A DNA stretch of 64,000 nucleotides, taken from assembly GCA_964526745.1 (NCBI GenBank), contig CAZGMQ010000002.1, positions 1,604 to 65,603 of the forward strand, written 5' to 3'. This document shows positions 36,614 to 46,652 of this stretch, piece by piece. A program made the position numbers and the translations under genes. The notes below the pieces were generated by a model. It was given only the letters and a program-made list of their open reading frames with translations. It was not told the origin of the DNA and ran no database searches. The stretch's first letter is position 1. Each line of letters opens with the position of its first letter. The stretch comes from an uncultured Verrucomicrobiota bacterium (GTDB taxonomy: Bacteria; Verrucomicrobiota; Kiritimatiellia; CAIQIC01; Lenti-01).

Positions 36614-39600
36614 CTATACGTCCACTGCGGTGCCGGAGCGGACAAACAGGAGGGTGCAGGTGATGGCTTCAGGCGGAAGGCCGAAGAGAAGAGCAACGGC
36701 CTGACGGTAGTCTTCCATCTGGGGCTGATGCCTCTCCGGGTCGGGTGTGTGATCGGTCTTATAGTCGATGACATGGGCGGAGACGGGGGTGCCCTCGGCA
36801 TTTCGGACCAGATGGAGTCGGTCAATCATGCCGGAGAGCCATTTGCCGTCGAGGACCGCTTCAAAAGCTTGTTCTCGGAGCAGTTCCACCGATTCCTTCG
36901 CCGGTTTTTCAAAGAAGGCATGGTTGGATGGGGTGGCCAGGAAGTTGCGGACTAGCTGAGCCGCTACAGAATCGGCTTCTTCAAATGCGGGCATGTCGCC
37001 AGCCTTTAGCCATTCAATTTGTTCAAAGAGTTCGTGGACCCGTGTGCCCAGATCACGGGCGGTGGCACCTTCGGGGCGGAAGAAACGTCCAGCCTGGAGG
37101 GGGCCGGTGGCATGGGATTCCGAAGCGGTTTTGGAGATCAACTGCGGTTCGGCGGGGGTGCCGGGCAGGTCTGATAGCGTCAGGGGAGGTTGATCGGCCC
37201 CCGCGCCGGATTCATCGTCTGTGAAACGGTCAGTTTCCCACCAGTGTTCCGGACCTTTCCGGAAGACGGGTTGCTCGGCATTGGGGGCCGCATCCGGGGC
37301 CAGCAGATTCTGGACCACGGTTTCCAGATACAGGGTGGCGGATTTGGCAGCGGGCTCTGTGGTGAAGAGATGGAGTGCCCGTTTGGCGCGCGTCATCGCG
37401 ACATAGAGCAACCGCAGTTCTCCCAGCGCTCCGTTCTGTCGGTTCCGGGCCAGCTGTTCAGCCAGCACCGGGTCGGCTTCCAGCACCGTTTTTACTGGAG
37501 GCGACAGGATCCAGTCCACAGGCGGGACCGGTTCATCTCCCGGTGCTTCGTGGATCATCAGATCCTGTTTGCCGCCTCCCCGGGAGGTGATGCCGCTATT
37601 CCCCTTGAGGGTTGGAAGCAGAACGATGTCGTATTCCAGTCCCTTGGCCTTGTGCATGGTTAGGACTTCGATGTGGGCTCCGGTGTGGCGTGAAGGCAGT
37701 CGCAGTGACTGAGCAAAGGCGGCAAAGCGCAACGCGGTTCGTCCGGGCTGCCGGTCGAAGTCCGCGGTCAGCGCGATCCATTTGCGGAGGCGTTCCTGTT
37801 CGTAGGCGGCTTCTGGCGGCAGGGTCAACGTGGCGGCGAGATGGGTGAGCCATCCCGTGTAGCCTTGTTCGCGGATCCGTCGGCCATGCTGTGCGAGCGC
37901 GGCGGGGGTCAGGGCCACCTGCGGATGAATAGGGGACATTTCGATATGCTGCCGGGCCAGTGTGTCGCCGGGATGCTCGATCAGGCGAGCCAGGGAAACT
38001 AGAGCAGGCAGGAGTACATTGTCGAGCAGAGTTTCATCCCCAGCCAGATCGGAATGGATGCCGATGTTGGCTAGCGCAAGATGGATGCCGAGGGCTTCGC
38101 TATTTTTGCGGGTCAGGATGCCGACGGTATAGGTCTCAAAGTCCGGAATCTCGTCCTGCAGGCGCTGAACCCATCCCACGGTGGCCTCAATCGGGCCGGG
38201 ACCTTCTTCGCCCTTCTTTATCCGGGGAAGCACGTGGAGCGTAACGGTTCCAGACAAATTCTGATTCTTCTTGGCGGCTTCGTGATCATTCCATTCCGCG
38301 TTCCAGCGGGAGGAAATGACCGGCCAGTCGGACTGCAGGGGTTCTGTTTCTGGAACCGGCATGTCTGGCAGCTGGCCGAAGATCTGATTCACGGCGTTCA
38401 GTACAACAGGACTGGAGCGCCAAGAATGGATGAGGGGAGGCGCCTCCTGAATGGCTGGCGGATCCTTATGATTATATTTTTCCAGAATGCGCCGGAACAG
38501 TCGCGGATCGCCGCTGCGCCATTCATAGATGGCCTGTTTGGTGTCGCCGACATAGAACAGTGTGCGCTCGCCGTCAGGATTCTGGATGACTTCGTCCAAG
38601 AGGTTCTCCAGCACCTGCCACTGGATCAACGAGGTGTCCTGGAATTCATCCAGCAGCCAGTGGCGGAAGCGGGCATCCAGACGGTAATCGATCCGGGAAC
38701 GAAGACCGGTCAGCGGATGGGAATCTGCGGGGACCAGCAGGTGGGCGATATCGCTGAACGCCAGCTGCCCGGTTTGCAGGATGTGCTCATGCCGGGCAGG
38801 ACCATAGAGAGCCAGCAGTTGAAACAGACCCCGTGTGCGGAGGAGCTGACGGCCGATGATGTGGCGCCGAAGAGCCTCCATCATCGTTTTCAGTGCCTCG
38901 CGGGCATTCGGCGGCAGCACAATCTCGCTTCGATTGAACAGGAGGGGTTCGGTATCGGCGTCCGGACAGGAAAAGAGGCGATAGATTTCCTTCGGCAGTT
39001 TGCTGCCGAACTCCATCTCTTCGCCTTGAGCGGCGGCTTCCAACTGATCGAGAAATCCATCCCAGGCTTTTTGTGCCTTGGGCTCGGGCGTGACGTCGGT
39101 ACGCAGCGTCTCGAGCAGGGGTGCCCGGTCCGGTTCCGGCACGGCTGGCTTCCAGCTGTTGGGGTGTCCCCAGATTCGATCCGGGTCGCCCCAGGCGGCG
39201 GAATCAGGGACGCGCTGCGCCAGCTCGAATTGATCTTCAATCAGGGTCTGGATTGAGGCGTAGACAGATTTGCCTTCTTCGCCGAAGGTGGCAAGTTTGA
39301 ACGCTTCCATCAGTTCGCGCTGCTGCTCGGCCGGCATGGCGGCCTGTTCTAGCAGCCGCTGGAGAATTTGATCTTCCTGGGCATCGGCATCCGTTTCGGT
39401 AATGACGGGATCGGAGCCGAGCCCGACTTCCAGGCGGAACTGCTGAAGGATCTGGATGAAGAAGGAGTCCAGGGTCCCAATCCGGAGAATCGGCAGCGCC
39501 TGGACCAGACTGCGCAGGGCGGTTCGGGCGGTGTCGGCATCCGGGAATCCGATGAAGCCGCCATCTGTCAGTTCTTTGGAAAGGGCTTGGTGTCCGTCTT

Positions 39601-39805
39601 CATCCCGGGCCCCCGCGGCCAGCCGCGACAGAATGCGGGCGAGAATTTCTCCTGCGGCTTTCCGGGTGAAGGTGAGCGCCACAATGGAGGCTGGGTCTGC
39701 CCCTGCGGCCAGCAGGGCGATATAGCGGCTGCTGAGGGCGAAGGTCTTTCCGGTGCCGGCGGAGGCGGCCAGGGCCGAGGTGCAGATGGTGGGGATGGAA
39801 CTCAC
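36614..39805 (-). CDS. addA: UvrD/Rep-family helicase with C-terminal PD-(D/E)XK nuclease (AddA/RexA-like)
   Basis: 1063 aa. Walker A SAGTGKT. C-terminal HVIDYKTDH nuclease motif. 4-nt overlap with the upstream partner gene. Confidence 0.7.
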   Translation of the reverse strand: MSSIPTICTSALAASAGTGKTFALSSRYIALLAAGADPASIVALTFTRKAAGEILARILSRLAAGARDEDGHQALSKELTDGGFIGFPDADTARTALRSLVQALPILRIGTLDSFFIQILQQFRLEVGLGSDPVITETDADAQEDQILQRLLEQAAMPAEQQRELMEAFKLATFGEEGKSVYASIQTLIEDQFELAQRVPDSAAWGDPDRIWGHPNSWKPAVPEPDRAPLLETLRTDVTPEPKAQKAWDGFLDQLEAAAQGEEMEFGSKLPKEIYRLFSCPDADTEPLLFNRSEIVLPPNAREALKTMMEALRRHIIGRQLLRTRGLFQLLALYGPARHEHILQTGQLAFSDIAHLLVPADSHPLTGLRSRIDYRLDARFRHWLLDEFQDTSLIQWQVLENLLDEVIQNPDGERTLFYVGDTKQAIYEWRSGDPRLFRRILEKYNHKDPPAIQEAPPLIHSWRSSPVVLNAVNQIFGQLPDMPVPETEPLQSDWPVISSRWNAEWNDHEAAKKNQNLSGTVTLHVLPRIKKGEEGPGPIEATVGWVQRLQDEIPDFETYTVGILTRKNSEALGIHLALANIGIHSDLAGDETLLDNVLLPALVSLARLIEHPGDTLARQHIEMSPIHPQVALTPAALAQHGRRIREQGYTGWLTHLAATLTLPPEAAYEQERLRKWIALTADFDRQPGRTALRFAAFAQSLRLPSRHTGAHIEVLTMHKAKGLEYDIVLLPTLKGNSGITSRGGGKQDLMIHEAPGDEPVPPVDWILSPPVKTVLEADPVLAEQLARNRQNGALGELRLLYVAMTRAKRALHLFTTEPAAKSATLYLETVVQNLLAPDAAPNAEQPVFRKGPEHWWETDRFTDDESGAGADQPPLTLSDLPGTPAEPQLISKTASESHATGPLQAGRFFRPEGATARDLGTRVHELFEQIEWLKAGDMPAFEEADSVAAQLVRNFLATPSNHAFFEKPAKESVELLREQAFEAVLDGKWLSGMIDRLHLVRNAEGTPVSAHVIDYKTDHTPDPERHQPQMEDYRQAVALLFGLPPEAITCTLLFVRSGTAVDV

Positions 39806-42510
39806 AGGGGGGGCACCTCATGAATAAGATCGAGGTCGTTGGGGGCCAGTGCCGCGAAGGTATCCCAATCGGGTTTGACCTGTTCGGGCGGCCAGAAGAG
39901 TCCTGCTTGGATATCCTTCACGACTTGCCGGGCCGTATCGATGGCCGGCTCATACAGATCACCGTCTTTGCCTGTAAAATCCATCAGGCGGATGCCGGTT
40001 TCTGTGACGGCTTTCGGCAGATTGAAATAGCCGACTTCCGGTGTGGCGGCTTCGGGGTTTTCCAGGGCGTACATATAGCGATACAGCGGAAGCTGTAGCT
40101 CGAGCCATTTCTTATTACCTGTCTGATAGTGAGCCTTCAGCGGATCCGTTCCACTATCGCTGGTTTTGTAGTCCAGAATCCGGATGCGCCCGTCCCGATG
40201 CTGTTCAATCCGGTCGATGCGTCCATGGATGGACATGCCCTCGAGTTTTGCGATGTATTCTTCTTCACCGGAAACGATTTGCCAGCCCTCCCGGACCGTT
40301 TCGGCCTGCACCCGCGCAGCCGCACGCAGTCGCTGGCGGAGCGATTCGAGTTGTACGGTTAGGACCAGGGAAGGCCGTTTCCCAAATTGCTTCGTGAAGA
40401 GGCGGTCTAATTCATTCAACAGTAGCTCTCGGATCTGATTCTCATCCGCTAGATCCGGATGCGGGCTCAGGATTTCCAGCACCTCATGGGCGAGGCTGCC
40501 GAACAGCAGGGCATCCAGTTCGCGGGCGCTGTCTTCGTAGGCTTCCATGTGCAGCACCTTGCTGAGATAGAAGCGGAACGGGCAGGCCAGGTAGGCTTTG
40601 AAACCGGTGACGGACAGGTGCTGCGGGATCTGGTCCAGGGTGCAGGCGGGCGGCGTTAGCATCAGATTCGGATGACCTGCGGCGGTGTCCGGCCGGTGCC
40701 TCGCGGGTTTTTCAAACAGCAGGGAAACGCGATCCGGGAGTTCCAGGTCCGGACAGGCGGTCAGGATTCGGGAGGGCAACTGCGGATCCTGATTCGCGGC
40801 ACGGCGGCTGGTTAGAAAGCGGACGGCTCCTTCCGGGCGCGAGGCCAGCAGGGTGTGCGTCAGAAACAGGTCGCGCGCAAACGATTCCCGGTTACCGGCC
40901 ATCCCGGCGGCCACCCGGATGGAGTCCGGCAGAAAGGCATCGCCCACCCGGGTCTCGGGGATGATGCCTTCGCGCAGTTCTGACAGGATCAGGGTCGGAG
41001 CGGTTTCCCATTGGATTTCCAGCCAGCCGAGAGCTTCACGGGCATCCGCCGAATTCGGCTTCGGAAAAATCTGCTGCATCGGCAGGGTGGTCAGCAACAG
41101 GTCCAGCATTTCTTCTTGTGACAGCCCGGCGCTTGTAGCGGAGGCTTCTGTTTGCTGAATCAGCCGGGCCAAAGCCTGTGCGGCATCAGCGAACAGCGGA
41201 TCCTCGGATGTTTCTGGTGGGCGGCAGTCATAGAGGGTACTCAGGAATTCGGAGGGAGGGAGAGCGCGGGCCGTGTGAATCGCATCCAGTGCCCGGCTGA
41301 GCGTCGGGTTCCGGGAGTTGCTGTCACTGAACCGGCGCAGCTCTTCGAAAGAGGAGGGCAGATGTTGATTCTGGCAGGCATCCAGTTCGCTCAGCAGATT
41401 CTCAACCGGACAGGGGACGGCCACGACGGCAAGCCAGTCCTGCGCATCCGGGTTCCGGAGAAAGGCGGCACCAGAGACATAATTGCCTTGGCGGAGCAGG
41501 GTCAGCCAATCCATCAGCAGTTGCCCGGGGGCCGTGGCAGACAGCGGGATACCATTGGGTAGATACAGCTCCCGGCCCTGTGACTGCAGGCGTCTGGCCA
41601 GTGCCAGAGCCGGCGCCGGATCGGGGGTGCACAGGGCCAGAGCCAGATGGTTGTCTTCCGCTTCGGCCACCCATCTGGCCAAAGATTCGGTTTCATCTTC
41701 GCCCTGCTCGTAGACCACAATCTGGTTTTCCGGGATAGGCAGGGGGCGGCCTTCCCAGGCATCGGGCCGGGGTCGTCCCCACTCGTCGAAGCGATCCGCC
41801 TCCGCTTCCGGTGCGAGGATATGCAGCTCCACGTCGCAGAGTTCTGAGAGAGTTTTCAGGGTGCGGACGGTCCGTTCTGACAGATCGGGAATGAACAAAG
41901 ACAGAATTCGGTCGTAGGGGAAGACAGCTGGCACCTGCTGTTCGGCTTCCAGTCGAGCCTGGAGCGGATCCTGGAGACCGTGCTGCTCCAGATCCTGAAT
42001 TAGTCCCTGTTCCAAGCGGGCGATGTCCTGCCAGCGGGCCTGCTCTTCTTCCGGTACTTTCGGAATCAGCTCGGAAGCGGTCAGGCAGGCTTCGTTGAGC
42101 TGTCGGCGCACCTCCTGCAACTGGGTGGCGATGCCGAGTGCAAAGGGGAAGTTCCAGGAGGCATCCTGTTGATTCGGCAGGAGAGCCGTGAAGTCGGCGT
42201 GCCGGGTTCGGAGCTGCTGAGCCAGCAGGGCCAGCAGCAGATCATCGGAAGCGGCATTCGGCGACTGCGGCACCAGATGTTCGGGCGTGACAATGGTTCC
42301 GGCCAGCACCGCGGTGCCTTGGTCTGCCGCGACTCGGGCCAGTTCGCCCCTCAGTCGGCGGCCAGCATGCCGGGTCGGCACCAGTAGTAAGGAGTTGCGG
42401 AGGTCCAGTGGTCCTGTACAGCCAGACTGCACCCAATTATGGGTCAGCAGGGCGGTGGCTGCAGGCAGGGAGGCGGTCTCCCATCCTTGAAAGTGCCGGG
42501 TGATTGTCAC
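39802..42510 (-). CDS. addB: AddB-like helicase-nuclease subunit (RecB-family nuclease, no Walker A)
   Basis: 902 aa. C-terminal RIDRIEQHRDGRIRILDYKTSDSG nuclease motif. N-terminal region lacks a GxGK(T/S) P-loop (VPTRHAGRRL). Confidence 0.65.
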   Translation of the reverse strand: MTITRHFQGWETASLPAATALLTHNWVQSGCTGPLDLRNSLLLVPTRHAGRRLRGELARVAADQGTAVLAGTIVTPEHLVPQSPNAASDDLLLALLAQQLRTRHADFTALLPNQQDASWNFPFALGIATQLQEVRRQLNEACLTASELIPKVPEEEQARWQDIARLEQGLIQDLEQHGLQDPLQARLEAEQQVPAVFPYDRILSLFIPDLSERTVRTLKTLSELCDVELHILAPEAEADRFDEWGRPRPDAWEGRPLPIPENQIVVYEQGEDETESLARWVAEAEDNHLALALCTPDPAPALALARRLQSQGRELYLPNGIPLSATAPGQLLMDWLTLLRQGNYVSGAAFLRNPDAQDWLAVVAVPCPVENLLSELDACQNQHLPSSFEELRRFSDSNSRNPTLSRALDAIHTARALPPSEFLSTLYDCRPPETSEDPLFADAAQALARLIQQTEASATSAGLSQEEMLDLLLTTLPMQQIFPKPNSADAREALGWLEIQWETAPTLILSELREGIIPETRVGDAFLPDSIRVAAGMAGNRESFARDLFLTHTLLASRPEGAVRFLTSRRAANQDPQLPSRILTACPDLELPDRVSLLFEKPARHRPDTAAGHPNLMLTPPACTLDQIPQHLSVTGFKAYLACPFRFYLSKVLHMEAYEDSARELDALLFGSLAHEVLEILSPHPDLADENQIRELLLNELDRLFTKQFGKRPSLVLTVQLESLRQRLRAAARVQAETVREGWQIVSGEEEYIAKLEGMSIHGRIDRIEQHRDGRIRILDYKTSDSGTDPLKAHYQTGNKKWLELQLPLYRYMYALENPEAATPEVGYFNLPKAVTETGIRLMDFTGKDGDLYEPAIDTARQVVKDIQAGLFWPPEQVKPDWDTFAALAPNDLDLIHEVPPL

Positions 42511-42663
42511 AGCTCAAAAATGACGAAAAAAGGCTAAACAAGTCAATGGAAATAGATTTTGAGCGAAAAAGAGGCACAAAAAGGGCCAACAGGAACGAAA
42601 TAGGGTAATTTAGGGCGCGATTTGGAAGAAGAGAGTGGCAGGAAAGGCGGCAGAGTCGCTAGG

Positions 42664-43791
42664 ATGAGAAAAATGAGTCAGAAAACCAACAGAATTGCGC
42701 TGGGATTGAGTGGGGGAGTGGACTCCTGTGTGGCGGCGTGGATGTTGAAGCAGGAAGGCCTGGAGGTGATCGGCCTGACCATGAGCCTGTGGGATGGAAG
42801 TCTTCCGTTGGGCAAAGAGGGGCGGCGGGGCTGTTTTGGCCCGGGAGAGGCCGGTCGGATCGACGCGGCGCGGCTGAATGCGAAACGGCTTGGTATTGAG
42901 CATCATGTCATCTCGCTGGCGGATGCATTCAAAGCGGGGGTGCTGGACTATTTTTGCGGGGAGTATCGTCGGGGGCGCACCCCCAATCCCTGCGTCCGAT
43001 GCAACCAGCAGATGAAATTCGGGGCGTTGCTGGATCAGGCCCGCTCGTTGGGGGTGGAGTTTGATGCCTTTGCCACGGGTCACTATGCGAGGCGGGCCCT
43101 CGATGAAGTGAGCGGCCGCTGGCAGCTGTTGCGCGGGATGGATCCCGGCAAGGACCAGTCCTATTTTCTGTCACGGCTGCAGCAGGAGCAGTTGGCCGGG
43201 GTGCGGTTTCCTCTGGGGAATCTCACCAAGAAAGAGGTCAAGCAGATGGCGGTAGCACAGGGCTGGGAGGACCTGGCGGCAAAAGGGGAAAGCCAGGATT
43301 TTATCGAGGGCGATGATTATGCCGTGCTGTTTGATCCGGCCGATGCCGTGCCCGGAGACTTTGTGTCGCGTGAGGGTCAGGTCATAGGGCGGCATCAAGG
43401 ATTGATTCATTACACGATTGGCCAGCGGAAGGGACTGGGCCTCGGCGGCGGCGGTACGCCGTGGTATGTGCTGGAACTGGATGCGGAACGTAATCAGGTG
43501 ATTCTGGGACAGAAGAAGAAGCTGTTTTCACGCTCTCTGGTCGCCGGGGATTTGAATTGGGTGTCTTGGCCCGGCCCCCCGGGAAAAGAGATGCGCTGCA
43601 TGGCACAAATCCGCCAACGGCATCGCGCGGCTTCCGCCACCGTCACCATGGGTGACGACGGCCGGGTTCATGCCGTGTTCGATGAACCGCAACTCTCGGT
43701 GACCCCCGGCCAGATTGTGGTCTTCTATGAGGACGGCGCGGTTCTGGCTTCAGGCGTGATCGATAAAGCTCCTTCTGTAGAGGCAGAATGA
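42664..43791 (+). CDS. mnmA: tRNA-specific 2-thiouridylase MnmA
   Basis: RIALGLSGGVDSCVAAWML PP-loop. GRTPNPCVRCNQQMKFG. Start among Met codons 42664/42673. Confidence 0.9.
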   Translation: MRKMSQKTNRIALGLSGGVDSCVAAWMLKQEGLEVIGLTMSLWDGSLPLGKEGRRGCFGPGEAGRIDAARLNAKRLGIEHHVISLADAFKAGVLDYFCGEYRRGRTPNPCVRCNQQMKFGALLDQARSLGVEFDAFATGHYARRALDEVSGRWQLLRGMDPGKDQSYFLSRLQQEQLAGVRFPLGNLTKKEVKQMAVAQGWEDLAAKGESQDFIEGDDYAVLFDPADAVPGDFVSREGQVIGRHQGLIHYTIGQRKGLGLGGGGTPWYVLELDAERNQVILGQKKKLFSRSLVAGDLNWVSWPGPPGKEMRCMAQIRQRHRAASATVTMGDDGRVHAVFDEPQLSVTPGQIVVFYEDGAVLASGVIDKAPSVEAE

Positions 43792-43831
43792 CGGGATTTG
43801 TGAGTGCGGCCCGTAAACGGAACTGGTATAG

Positions 43832-45292
43832 GTGAGTCGTATGGGAACCTTTATGCTGAAAAATCGGAAGATGATCGAGGCGGCCGGTGGCATCGCCCTT
43901 GTGGCTCTGCTGATCTTTGCCTGCCTGCTGGTGTTGAAACCGTTCATTACCGCGATGCTGTGGGCGGCCATTCTGGTTTTTACCTCCTGGCCGGCCTTTG
44001 ACTTCATCAAACGCCGCGTGACCCGCGGGAATGCCTTGATGGCCGCCAGTGTCATGACCCTCCTGGCTACCCTCATGCTAGTGATTCCTCTCTGGTTGCT
44101 GGGCCGCTCTTCTGTGGATCTGGTGACCGGGGGCATTGGGTATCTGCAGGACCTGCGCGAAACCGGGCTGCCGCAGCTGACCGCGGCGATGCAGGACCAT
44201 CCCTTTTTTGGCAAATATGCCGGTTCCGTTCATACGGCTCTCGTGGAATTGTTCAGTGATACGGAGCGCCTGACCCAGTGGGGGGCCAACGCCTCCAAGG
44301 TCGCCGCCGGCTGGCTGGTCCAGCGCGGGGCCAGCCTGGGCTATGGCATCTTTCAGATCTGCTTTGGCCTGGTGTTCATGTTCTTTTTCTATCTGAACGG
44401 TCGAACCATTGCCGACAAGCTGACCCAGTTTATGGAGCAGATGGCGGGGCCCGTCATGGTCCGCCTCCGCAAGCGAACCGCGCTGACGCTGAACATCGTT
44501 GTTCGCGGCACCCTCGGGACGGCCTTTGTACAGGCGGTGGCGGCAGCCATCGGATTCGCCATCTTTGATGTGCCCAACATCACGCTATTTTCTGCGATTG
44601 TGTTTGTACTGGGCATCCTGCCGATGGGGCCCCCGGTTCTGTGGGTGCCGTTGGGTCTGTGGCTGTTGGCCATCGGCCGGACGGGCGACGGTATCGGGAT
44701 GTTGCTGTATGGTGGTGTGGTCATCAGCGGTGTGGACAATATTGTTCGTCCCATTCTGATTGCCGGCACTTGGGATCTCGGCATGCTGCGCCGGTTCCGG
44801 CAGTCGCTGGTGATCGGTGCGGTGATCGGTCTGCTGGTGGCCGGCGGATTTGTTTTTGTCGGCCTGCCGTGGTGGATTGGTGTGGGCGTGGCGCTGGCCA
44901 TTGGGTTTACTCCGTTTAATTCGGCGGGCGTGGTGTGTTTCCTTGGCGGCGCGATCGGTCTGTTTGCCATGAATCAGTTGATCAATGGTCTCTGGCTCTT
45001 TCTCTTTGCCATGGGCTTGTTGATTTTGATGCCGATTGTGGTGGCCACGGTGCGTCGCTGGGTGCCGGAAATGGCGGTGGCGGCGGGCCCGAAACCGGTG
45101 CAGGAAGAGGGAATTCCCTTTGCCCTGATGCTCATTGGCGTGACCGGCGGGATGATTGCCTTCGGCTTCATCGGCCTTTTTCTCGGACCGGTGCTGCTGG
45201 CGGTCGCCTATGATTTGATTCGTGAGATCTCGCGGGAGCCCCTCGAGTTGCCGGAGGCGGGGAATGAAGAAACGGACGGACAGGAGGTGTGA
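43832..45292 (+). CDS. AI-2E family transporter (PerM/UPF0118)
   Basis: 486 aa polytopic membrane protein. Conserved FILGILPMGPPVLWVPLGLWLL-type core. Confidence 0.75.
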   Translation: MSRMGTFMLKNRKMIEAAGGIALVALLIFACLLVLKPFITAMLWAAILVFTSWPAFDFIKRRVTRGNALMAASVMTLLATLMLVIPLWLLGRSSVDLVTGGIGYLQDLRETGLPQLTAAMQDHPFFGKYAGSVHTALVELFSDTERLTQWGANASKVAAGWLVQRGASLGYGIFQICFGLVFMFFFYLNGRTIADKLTQFMEQMAGPVMVRLRKRTALTLNIVVRGTLGTAFVQAVAAAIGFAIFDVPNITLFSAIVFVLGILPMGPPVLWVPLGLWLLAIGRTGDGIGMLLYGGVVISGVDNIVRPILIAGTWDLGMLRRFRQSLVIGAVIGLLVAGGFVFVGLPWWIGVGVALAIGFTPFNSAGVVCFLGGAIGLFAMNQLINGLWLFLFAMGLLILMPIVVATVRRWVPEMAVAAGPKPVQEEGIPFALMLIGVTGGMIAFGFIGLFLGPVLLAVAYDLIREISREPLELPEAGNEETDGQEV

Positions 45293-46644
45293 AAGTGAAG
45301 AAATGGTTCAGCCAGATTCGGGAGTTTGTTCTACAGGCGCTCGGCGCCATTCCAGGTGGCGATGGATACACAGAGAGTTTTCCTGCCCGGTTTGTGCGAG
45401 TGGGACATCTCTTGTTCCGTGGATATATGGATGATGACCTGACGATTCACGCCTCCTCGCTCACGTTTGTGACCCTGACTTCGCTGGTGCCGATTCTGGC
45501 CGTGGGATTTGCCCTGATCAAGGGCTTCGGAATGGGTGCGGAGCAAATGGATTCAGTGATGCAGATGGATTGGCTTACGCAGATGCCGGAGCAGTTCCAG
45601 GAATTTGTGCAGCAGGTGTTCAATCTTGTCAACAATACTAACTTTTCCGCGCTGGGTGGGGTGGGGCTGGCCTTTTTCGTGCTGACGGCGGTGCTGGTCT
45701 TGGCGAATGTGGAAAAGAGTTTCAACCGGGTCTGGGGCGTGGAGAAGAGCCGGAGCATCTTCCGGCAGGTATCGAGCTATACCAGCGTGTTGGTGCTGGT
45801 GCCGTTGCTGATTGGTGTGGTCGTCGGATTGAAGGCTCAGATTGCCATCGGGAAAATCGACATCATTCAGGAGTATTTCAGCATCGACACCAATGTCTGG
45901 GCGCAGAACCTGGGATCCTTTCTCATCATCTGGCTGACCATCGCCTTCCTCTATATGTTTGTGCCGAACACGCGGGTGCGATTCCGTCCGGCCTGCATTA
46001 GCAGTCTGATGACAACGCTGCTGTTCCTCGGATGGATGAAGATGTTCATGGTGATGCAGACAGGTGTGTCGCGTAACAATATCATCTATGGGGCCTTTGC
46101 GGCGGTGCCGGTCTTCCTGTTCTGGATGTATGTGACCTGGGTCATCATTCTGTTGGGCGTGGAATTCACCTTTGCGCTTCAGAATTCGGACACCTATCAA
46201 CTTGAAAGCGGCGCGGATTCCGCCAGTATGCGCTCGCGCATCCTGACGGCCTTGATGATTCTGCGGCAGGCAGGAGGGGCGATGGAGTCTGGAACAGATC
46301 TTTTCGATGCGGCGTCGTTCGCGAGCATGAACAAGGCTCCGATTCGCCTCATCAATTCGGTGGTATCGGATCTCGTGCGCCAGGGCTATCTCACACAAGT
46401 GGCCGCCAATGATGGGGGCTATGTGCTGATGCGTGCCCCTGAATCCATCCAGATTCAAAAGTTGGTGAGTGGGTTGATGCGGGAAGGCGGCGGTCATATC
46501 GGATTGTCGGAAACCCTCACAATGGATGCCCCGATGAGAGAAACGCTTGCCAAGATCGAGTCCGGAATTGCTCAGGGGTTTGCGGGATTAACGCTTGCCG
46601 ACATGGTGGCGGCTGCGCCTGCTCCGACGGAACAGCCGGCCTGA
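45289..46644 (+). CDS. YihY/BrkB (virulence factor BrkB) family membrane protein with C-terminal cytoplasmic extension
   Basis: HASSLTFVTLTSLVPILAVGFALI, six TM helices. GTG start overlapping upstream stop. Confidence 0.7.
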   Translation: MKVKKWFSQIREFVLQALGAIPGGDGYTESFPARFVRVGHLLFRGYMDDDLTIHASSLTFVTLTSLVPILAVGFALIKGFGMGAEQMDSVMQMDWLTQMPEQFQEFVQQVFNLVNNTNFSALGGVGLAFFVLTAVLVLANVEKSFNRVWGVEKSRSIFRQVSSYTSVLVLVPLLIGVVVGLKAQIAIGKIDIIQEYFSIDTNVWAQNLGSFLIIWLTIAFLYMFVPNTRVRFRPACISSLMTTLLFLGWMKMFMVMQTGVSRNNIIYGAFAAVPVFLFWMYVTWVIILLGVEFTFALQNSDTYQLESGADSASMRSRILTALMILRQAGGAMESGTDLFDAASFASMNKAPIRLINSVVSDLVRQGYLTQVAANDGGYVLMRAPESIQIQKLVSGLMREGGGHIGLSETLTMDAPMRETLAKIESGIAQGFAGLTLADMVAAAPAPTEQPA

Positions 46645-46652
46645 GCCGTCCG

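Noticed and set aside
38081-39256. 391-aa plus-strand ORF
   Set aside because: Antisense to the AddA-like gene. No start context.
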